DNA of 37,341 nucleotides, from positions 6,913 to 44,253 of the forward strand of contig CAZPYD010000004.1 in the NCBI GenBank assembly GCA_964590835.1. Direction: 5' to 3'. The notes beneath the pieces were generated by a model. It was not told where the DNA came from. It worked only from the letters and a program-made list of their open reading frames with translations, and searched no databases. This DNA comes from an uncultured Candidatus Saccharibacteria bacterium. GTDB taxonomy: Bacteria; Patescibacteriota; Minisyncoccia; JAHISW01; Tagabacteraceae. Below are positions 26,286 through 32,633 of this stretch, piece after piece (the stretch's first letter is position 1; the number at the start of each line of letters is the position of its first letter). The position numbers were made by a program, and so were the translations under genes.

Positions 26286-28154
26286 ATGGACAAAAATAGA
26301 ATAACATATTTTGCCAAAACAAATTTTAGAAACGAACAGACCAAGTTTGGTATTAAGAAAAAAGATAGAACTAGACATACATATATCATTGGTAAGACTG
26401 GTACTGGAAAGACAACATTGCAAGAAAATATGGCAATTCAAGATATTCGTAATGGAGAAGGGGTTGCTGTTATAGACCCCCATGGTTCTTTTGTTGAAAA
26501 AATGCTTGATTATGTTCCAGAGGAGCGCATAAAAGATGTAATATATCTTGACCCGTCGGACATGGATCATCCGATTGCTTTAAATATCATGGAAGATGTA
26601 GACGGTGATCAAATGCATTTGGTTGCCTCCGGTCTTATGGGTGTGTTTAAAAAAATGTGGCCGGATGTTTGGTCTGCAAGGATGGAATATATTTTGAATA
26701 ATACTTTGTTGGCTCTTTTGGAGTATCCAAATTCTACCCTTTTGGGAGTAAATAGAATGTATACAGATAAAGATTATAGAAAGGCGGTGGTAGATAATGT
26801 AAAGGATCCGATTGTAAAAGATTATTGGGCAAGGGAGTATGCAGGCTATACAGAGAGGTTTGCTGCAGAAGCTACTCCGGCCATTCAAAATAAAATTGGT
26901 CAATTTACTTCTAATCCACTTGTAAGGAATATTATAGGTCAGCCTAAATCCAGTTTTAGTTTTAGGACTGCAATGGATGAACAGAAGATTGTTTTAATAA
27001 ACTTATCTAAGGGACGAATCGGGGAATTAAATTCTAGCTTGCTTGGTGCTCTTTTGGTTACAAAAATTTATTTGGCTTCTATGAGTAGAGCTAAAGAGCC
27101 TGGAAAAGAGTTTCCTGATTTTTATTTTTATGTTGATGAGTTTCAAAACTTTGCTGCGGAATCTTTTGAAAATATTTTATCAGAATCACGAAAATATGGT
27201 CTTGCGCTTGTTTTGGCCCACCAATATATTACTCAGATGCCAGACGGTGTGAAGGATGCTGTTTTTGGTAATGTGGGTACGCACATAGTTTTTAGAGTTG
27301 GTCCGGAAGATGCCAGGGTGCTGGAGGTAGAGTTTGCCCCAGAGTTTACTGCTGACGATGTTGTTAATCTTGGTTTTACCAATATTTACTTAAAGCTTCT
27401 TGTGGATGGGGAGCCATCTAGGCCCTTTTCTGCTACCACACTTCCACCACTTAAAAAAAATGTAGAATCTTTTAAGCAGCAAATAATAGATTATTCTAGA
27501 GAAAAATATTGTACACCAATAGAAGATATTGAAAAACAAATAATGGAATGGCATGCGCCAGTTAAAAAAAAAGACGGTAAAAAGGGTGAGCCAGAAAAAG
27601 AACAAAAAGAAGCGCCTAAGTTGTTTGAAGCCGCTTGTTCAGTTTGTGGTAAAAAAACAGTGGTACCTTTTGAGCCAATAGAAGGCAAGCCTATTTATTG
27701 TAAGAAGCACAGAGCTTATATTACAGAGGGTGGAGGTTCTTCTACTGAAACACCAACTAAACCTAAGTCAAAAGAAACTGTTAAAAAATCCGAACCTAAA
27801 AGAGAGTTTCTTAATATGCCGACTTCATCGACTACTCGCCTCGATTCGGCGAAGCGGGCCGGCAGGCAGGCGAGCAAGCCCAGCCGCAACCTACGGATGC
27901 AGGCGGGTAAAGAAGAGGTTTCTTTGAGTCAGTTAGGTGGTGGTACAAAAGAATTTAAAAAAGAACCATTTAAGAAAAGAGAAAAATCAACTCCGGATTT
28001 TAAGGGTTTAAGAGAATTACTTGCAGATGTAGCGCCTAAAAAGACACCTGGCGAAGAAACAAAGCAATCATTAAAAGAAACAGTAAAACCCAAGCAAGAT
28101 TTTGAACCAGGCAGTGAAAAAACTCTAAAACCTGGCGACACAATAAAGTTTTAG
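26286..28154 (+). CDS. VirD4/TraD/TraG-like (FtsK/HerA superfamily) P-loop ATPase without TM helices, with a C-terminal CxxC-x17-CxxH zinc ribbon and a K/E/P-rich tail
   Basis: Walker A IIGKTGTGKTT, Walker B FYFYVDEFQNF, and the LVLAHQYITQM...FGNVGTHIVFRVGPEDA block. Zinc ribbon CSVCGKKTVVPFEPIEGKPIYCKKH at 27636-27710. I prefer the ATG at 26286 over the 26202 start in the track, which overlaps the upstream gene. Confidence 0.8.
   Translation: MDKNRITYFAKTNFRNEQTKFGIKKKDRTRHTYIIGKTGTGKTTLQENMAIQDIRNGEGVAVIDPHGSFVEKMLDYVPEERIKDVIYLDPSDMDHPIALNIMEDVDGDQMHLVASGLMGVFKKMWPDVWSARMEYILNNTLLALLEYPNSTLLGVNRMYTDKDYRKAVVDNVKDPIVKDYWAREYAGYTERFAAEATPAIQNKIGQFTSNPLVRNIIGQPKSSFSFRTAMDEQKIVLINLSKGRIGELNSSLLGALLVTKIYLASMSRAKEPGKEFPDFYFYVDEFQNFAAESFENILSESRKYGLALVLAHQYITQMPDGVKDAVFGNVGTHIVFRVGPEDARVLEVEFAPEFTADDVVNLGFTNIYLKLLVDGEPSRPFSATTLPPLKKNVESFKQQIIDYSREKYCTPIEDIEKQIMEWHAPVKKKDGKKGEPEKEQKEAPKLFEAACSVCGKKTVVPFEPIEGKPIYCKKHRAYITEGGGSSTETPTKPKSKETVKKSEPKREFLNMPTSSTTRLDSAKRAGRQASKPSRNLRMQAGKEEVSLSQLGGGTKEFKKEPFKKREKSTPDFKGLRELLADVAPKKTPGEETKQSLKETVKPKQDFEPGSEKTLKPGDTIKF
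27818..27907. repeat. GC-rich element embedded in frame in the ATPase tail
   Basis: GCCGACTTCATCGACTACTCGCCTCGATTCGGCGAAGCGGGCCGGCAGGCAGGCGAGCAAGCCCAGCCGCAACCTACGGATGCAGGCGGGT stands out against AT-rich flanks. It shares the 13-mer GCCGGCAGGCAGG with 15444-15456. Confidence 0.55.
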
Positions 28155-28287
28155 AGCCTATTCATAATTTTATGTTGAAATAAAATTTTAATGTTTTTGT
28201 TTTTTGCAGCCAAAAACTGGAAATTTTAGCCAACAAGCAAGAATTTATTCTTTTTTTACTTTTGCGATAAGATTTTGAATAGGCTCT
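28153..28287. repeat. Copy 1 of a ~135-bp structured repeat with pairing ends. It contains a remnant of a glycosyltransferase 3' end.
   Basis: AGAGCCTATTCA (28153-28164) pairs with TGAATAGGCTCT (28276-28287). On the minus strand, 28245-28286 reads EPIQNLIAKVKKE*, a paralog of the true C-terminus of the 29985-31184 gene. Confidence 0.75.
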
Positions 28288-28328
28288 AAAAATTGACCTT
28301 AAATGATTACTTTGATAGCCTAATTGTA

Positions 28329-29840
28329 ATGAAGCAATTAGGTTATTTTTTATTTTTATTTTTGTTTCCACTTGTTGTTAGTGGGCAAGTTTATATTTCA
28401 GAAATAATGTATGACGTGGAAGGAGCGGATAGTGGGCGTGAGTGGATAGAGGTTTTTAATAGTGGTAGCGTGAGTGTGGATTTGGGTGGATGGAAAATTT
28501 TTGAAAACGATACTAATCATAAAATAAATCTCTTTGACGAAGAGGGAAGTTTTGTTATTTCGTCTGGCGGCTATGCTGTGGTTGCTGATAATCCAACGAA
28601 GTTTTTAGAAGATTGGCCTGGTTTTTCAGGTCTTATTTTTGATAGCGCTTTTTCACTTAAAAATAGCGGAGAGGAAATAATATTAAGAGACGATGAATTA
28701 AATGATGTAGACAGTATCTTTTATGATGTTGAGCTGGGTGCCGAAGACGGCAAATCTCTTCAAAAAATAAACAATTTGTGGGAGGTCGGATCTCCCACAC
28801 CGGGAGAAGAAAACAAAAAAGAGTATGAGTCTATCGAAGAAGGGGGTGGTAACGAGAGTGCTGGTGATGAAATTTCGATTGACTCTAAATATATTCAGCC
28901 AGAAGATTTGCCTCAAATTAAGGCTTATGCAGGCAAAGATAAAACAGCGATAGCTGGGGCTATGACTGGTTTTGAAGGTGAAGCTTACGGTTTAAAGGAT
29001 GAGTTGCTTGATAATGCAAGATATTTGTGGAACCTGGGTAATGGCGCATTAAAAGACGGAAAGAATGTTGTTCATTTTTATAAATATCCAGGAGAGTATA
29101 GAGTGGTGTTGGATGTGTCTTCGGGGGGTTATTCTGTTTCTGATATTTTGATTTTAAAAGTAGTCCCTAATGAGATTTTTATTTCGGAGATTAAGACAGG
29201 AGTTGATTCTTTTTTGGAGCTTAGAAACCCATCTAGTCAGGAAATTGACATTTCTGGGTGGAGGTTTGTTTCAGGTAATCAAAAATTTACTTTTTCAAAA
29301 AATAGTTTTATAAGGCCTTATAGCTATTTGGTGATTCCATCTTATTCTTCGGGGATAATTTTTGATTCGGGAAAAGGGAAGGTAGATTTTCTTTATTCTA
29401 GTGGTTTGTTGGCGGATTCTTTTGTGTATGGCGGGAATCTTTTGAAAGATCAGAGTTTTTCTCGGAACGGCGATAATATAGGTATTACTAAAGAAACACC
29501 GGGAAGTAAAAATGAAAAATTAATTCAAAAACAAACAAATGTTCGAAACCTGTCTGCCGGTAGACAAGGTTCAACTTTGAACATTTCTAGGGAAGTAGAA
29601 ACTAGTGAAGTTAGTTCCAACTATCGAGGTCCAACCTCGATAGTTGGAGAAGGAGAGGATAAAGAGGAAAAGGTGCTTAAAGAAGATGCGGGTTTAAATC
29701 AAAACCAACAAGCAAACATTGTTACTGTTGGTGGTGGCGATGGTATAAATAAGAAGTATTATTATCTTGGAGTCTTGGTTTTAATTGTTTTTGCGGGTGT
29801 TGGAATTTATGTTATACGTCGCAAGAGTAGAGTTTGGTAG
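28329..29840 (+). CDS. Surface protein: signal peptide, lamin-tail domain (LTD), PKD-like domain, second LTD, linker, C-terminal TM anchor
   Basis: MKQLGYFLFLFLFPLVVSG signal. LTD pattern YISEIMYDVEGADSGREWIEVFNSGSVSVDLGGWKI. PKD-like pattern WNLGNG...VVHFYKYPGEYRVVLDV. Second LTD IFISEIKTGVDSFLELRNPSSQEIDISGWRF. C-terminal YYYLGVLVLIVFAGVGIYVIRRKSR. I prefer the ATG at 28329 over the TTG at 28293. Confidence 0.8.
   Translation: MKQLGYFLFLFLFPLVVSGQVYISEIMYDVEGADSGREWIEVFNSGSVSVDLGGWKIFENDTNHKINLFDEEGSFVISSGGYAVVADNPTKFLEDWPGFSGLIFDSAFSLKNSGEEIILRDDELNDVDSIFYDVELGAEDGKSLQKINNLWEVGSPTPGEENKKEYESIEEGGGNESAGDEISIDSKYIQPEDLPQIKAYAGKDKTAIAGAMTGFEGEAYGLKDELLDNARYLWNLGNGALKDGKNVVHFYKYPGEYRVVLDVSSGGYSVSDILILKVVPNEIFISEIKTGVDSFLELRNPSSQEIDISGWRFVSGNQKFTFSKNSFIRPYSYLVIPSYSSGIIFDSGKGKVDFLYSSGLLADSFVYGGNLLKDQSFSRNGDNIGITKETPGSKNEKLIQKQTNVRNLSAGRQGSTLNISREVETSEVSSNYRGPTSIVGEGEDKEEKVLKEDAGLNQNQQANIVTVGGGDGINKKYYYLGVLVLIVFAGVGIYVIRRKSRVW
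29538..29647. repeat. Two palindromic elements inside the LTD gene linker
   Basis: An imperfect ~50-nt palindrome at 29538-29587 is centred on TGTCTGCCGGTAGACA. A perfect 14-bp stem CCAACTATCGAGGT-CCA-ACCTCGATAGTTGG lies at 29617-29647. Confidence 0.7.
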
Positions 29841-30025
29841 TCTACTCAAAATCTTATGTTGAGATAAAATTTTCATGTTTTTGTGCGAAAAAGACAAAAG
29901 CCTAGGAAATAATATCTAGATATATTGATAAGGCTTTTGGTTTTTGCAGTCAAAAACTGGAAATTTTAGCCAGCAAGCGAGAATCTATTCTTTTTTTACT
30001 TGTGCGATAAGATTTTGGGTAGACT
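29839..30025. repeat. Copy 2 of the structured repeat, with an extra ~56-bp hairpin insert. It overlaps the real 3' end of the glycosyltransferase gene.
   Basis: AGTCTACTCAAAATCTTAT (29839-29857) pairs with ATAAGATTTTGGGTAGACT (30007-30025). The extra segment at about 29884-29940 carries AAAAGCCT...AGGCTTTT. Confidence 0.75.
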
Positions 30026-31184
30026 CCAGCATTTTCTCAAAACTGAATTCTCTATAAATTTTTTCCCAAAGAGAGGTGGCTAAGTTGTTTTTTAGTTCAG
30101 TTTCTTTTATAAGTTTTTCTATGGCTTCTGTTATCTGTTGTGGGTTAGCAGGTTTTACAAGCAGACCAGTTGAGATTACTCTAGAGTTTTCTGAGATGTT
30201 TTCTATGATTTCAGATACACCTCCGACGTTTGTTGCTATAACAGGTAGTCTTGCTAATCCAGCTTCAAGTAAAACGTAAGGCAGACCTTCTTTAACAGAA
30301 GGTAAAACAAAAATATCAAAGGCTTTTAAGTAATTTGCTTCGTTACCCTGGCTATCAATCAAAAAGACGTTGTTTTCTAATTTTAGGTCTTTTATTTGTT
30401 TTTCTAGTTTTTCTTTTCCTTCACCAAAACCAATTATAAAAACATGTAACATGTAACCTGAAGCATGTAACATTTTAACTGCGTCAATTAAATATTTGTG
30501 GCCTTTGTTTTTTGTAAATTCACCGATTGTTCCGACCCAGATTTGATCACCCGTGTCTGATAGCTGAGAGCTGTTTACTGATAACTTTTCTCTCGCTTTT
30601 TCTCTAGATAAAAATGTGTAGTCTTCGGATTTAATTCCATTTTGAATAGTTATGAGTTTATTTTTTGGGGCAATATTATTTTTAAGTGCGATTTGTTTGT
30701 CATATTCTGATACGCAGATTATTTTGTCGTAAAACAGGCAAGTAAATTTACTAAATATTTTTATAAGTTTTGTCTGTATTTTAGAGCGAGGTTCACTAAA
30801 AGCCCAACCATGAGCAGTGAATATAGTTACTGGTGATTTGAAGATTTTATAAGCCCAAATAGCAGCTCCGGCAATACCACCAGCCTTAGAACTAGAAACA
30901 TGTACCACGTTTGGTTTAGTTTTAAAAAGTAAGGCAAGAATTTCAAAAAAAGCGGATAAATCTTTGAAAAAAGAAACATCACGTTGAAAGCTTTCTATTT
31001 CATGATAGGTTATATTTTTTTGTTTTATTTTTTGTGCCAAAACACCTTGTCCACCTGCTGCAACGTGCACGTCAAATTTATCACTAGACAAGCTAGTGGC
31101 TAAGTCGTAAGTATATTTTCCCGCACCTGCCCAAACAGATTTAGTTATTACGTAAAGTGTTGTTATTTTGCTTGATTTTTCCAT
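29985..31184 (-). CDS. GT4-family (GT-B fold) glycosyltransferase
   Basis: 399 aa with the E-x7-E region PSVKEGLPYVLLEAGLARLPVIATNVGGVSEII. Confidence 0.88.
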   Translation of the reverse strand: MEKSSKITTLYVITKSVWAGAGKYTYDLATSLSSDKFDVHVAAGGQGVLAQKIKQKNITYHEIESFQRDVSFFKDLSAFFEILALLFKTKPNVVHVSSSKAGGIAGAAIWAYKIFKSPVTIFTAHGWAFSEPRSKIQTKLIKIFSKFTCLFYDKIICVSEYDKQIALKNNIAPKNKLITIQNGIKSEDYTFLSREKAREKLSVNSSQLSDTGDQIWVGTIGEFTKNKGHKYLIDAVKMLHASGYMLHVFIIGFGEGKEKLEKQIKDLKLENNVFLIDSQGNEANYLKAFDIFVLPSVKEGLPYVLLEAGLARLPVIATNVGGVSEIIENISENSRVISTGLLVKPANPQQITEAIEKLIKETELKNNLATSLWEKIYREFSFEKMLESTQNLIAQVKKE

Positions 31185-31217
31185 TGTTTGTTGTATTATT
31201 AATTAAAACATATATCT

Positions 31218-32090
31218 ATGAATAAAGTCAATTCAAAGACAATTTTAGTGACTGGCGGAGCCGGTTTTATCGGTTCTCATTTGTGTGAGAGGTTTGTTTG
31301 TGATGGCCATAAGGTAATTTCTTTGGATAATTATTTTACTGGTTCAAAAGAGAATCACGTAGAGGGTGTTGAGTATCGAGAGGGTCACACAAAAGATATA
31401 GAAAAGTATATTTTTGAGAATTAGGATATTATTTATCATCTTGGTGAGTATTCTCGTGTTGCAGCTAGTTTAGAAGAGCCGGAATTGGTTTGGGATTTGA
31501 ATATGGCGGGTACACTTGCTGTTTTGGAATTTTGGCGAAAGCAAAAATGTAAGCTTGTTTACGCTGGTTCTTCTACAAAGTCTGTTGGGCCGCGCGATGA
31601 CGGTGTAAGTGGGCGTGATTTGGCTCCCTATACTTGGGCAAAGGCGATAAATAGTGAATTAGTAGTAAACTATAGCAAGTGGTATGACTTAACATACGCT
31701 ATTACTTATTTTTATAATGTGTATGGCTCCAGAGAAAGGAGTGATAAGTACGGCACACTAATAGAAATTTTTAAACAAAATTATTTAAACAACAGACCAC
31801 ACAAAGTGCGTGGGCCAGGAACTCAAACAAGAACCTTTACACATATTGATGATACTATTGATGGAATTGTTCTTGTGGGAGAAAAAGGGGAAGGAGATAA
31901 TTTTGGCATTAGCGCAAAAGAATCCTATTCTTTACTTGATGTGGCTGAAATGTATGGAGGAGAAGTAGAAATACTTCCCCCAACTAAAACAACTAGACCA
32001 AAGTCAGTAGTAAATACCACTAAAATAGAAGCCCTCGGCTGGAAGCAAAAAAGAAAACTAGAGGATTATATTGAGGAGGCAAAAAATTAA
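31218..32090 (+). pseudogene. NAD-dependent sugar epimerase/dehydratase (extended SDR) interrupted by one in-frame TAG
   Basis: [10 protein letters not shown] Rossmann motif and YTWAK (YxxxK). The track ORFs 31218-31424 and 31485-32090 are in the same frame, and 31425-31484 is open (DIIYHLGEYSRVAASLEEPE). The only interruption is TAG at 31422-31424. Confidence 0.8.
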
Positions 32091-32095
32091 AAAAT

Positions 32096-32129
32096 AAAAA
32101 CCCAAAGGACGATTGCCCTCTGGGTTTTT
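32096..32129. terminator. Bidirectional terminator between convergent genes
   Basis: AAAAACCCAAAGG-ACGATTG-CCCTCTGGGTTTTT. Confidence 0.7.
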
Positions 32130-32145
32130 GATTTTTCTTTTTAGA

Positions 32146-32598
32146 TTACTTTTTAGAAAGTAATCTAAAAAGAAAATTATCTTGAGCTCCATCAAGTGGA
32201 ATCTCAAAAGATTTTACCTTATTCCGTTTCATAAATTCGGAAACTTTGTCCATATCTAGGCACGACGTCATCTCATCCAATTTGTCGCATTCCTCATTGA
32301 CAAAATAGTCAGCATCCATGGCGCTTATCTTTTTGGGGTCCCAAGGTTCTACCCTTTCAAGGCCTTTGCTTGAAAAAATGTACCCCTTATGGTTCACCCA
32401 TATAGGAGGACATTCTTTTTGTTCAACTCCGTTTTTGAATAAGATAATTTTCTCTATATCAGTGACTTTTACATAGTCACGAATATCGTTGAAAGATATT
32501 TTAAATCCTTCTTCGCTATCAAACATTGTCATTCCTGTGGATTCTCCAGGTTTACCGGAACCCGAATTTAAAAAAATAGATATCTTGTATTCGTTCAT
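32146..32598 (-). CDS. Hypothetical 150-aa soluble protein
   Basis: I prefer the ATG at 32598 (MNEYKISIF...), which has AGGAG 9 nt upstream, over the longer start in the track. I recognise no motif. Confidence 0.55.
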   Translation of the reverse strand: MNEYKISIFLNSGSGKPGESTGMTMFDSEEGFKISFNDIRDYVKVTDIEKIILFKNGVEQKECPPIWVNHKGYIFSSKGLERVEPWDPKKISAMDADYFVNEECDKLDEMTSCLDMDKVSEFMKRNKVKSFEIPLDGAQDNFLFRLLSKK

Positions 32599-32633
32599 AA
32601 TACAATTACTCCTTGTAAAAAAAGGAGGTTGTT

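Noticed and set aside
27730-27927. 65-aa alternative-frame ORF inside the ATPase tail
   Set aside because: It is open only because of the GC-rich insert, which lacks AT-rich stop codons. It has no start context and lies nested in a supported CDS.
28162-28371. 69-aa minus-strand ORF across repeat copy 1
   Set aside because: It overlaps the repeat and the LTD gene start. Only a 13-codon glycosyltransferase C-terminal remnant (in another frame of the repeat) is meaningful, and it has no upstream gene body.
24035-31184. Integrative conjugative element or prophage
   Set aside because: There is no integrase, relaxase, VirB4/VirB6, capsid or terminase gene. The base composition matches the rest of the window. 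The only att-like repeats flank a single gene.
31422-31424. TAG as a recoded sense codon (e.g. pyrrolysine or a code change)
   Set aside because: TAG ends several confident genes in this window (efp, sigma factor, ATPase, LTD, GT4). The other interrupted gene is broken by TAA, not TAG.
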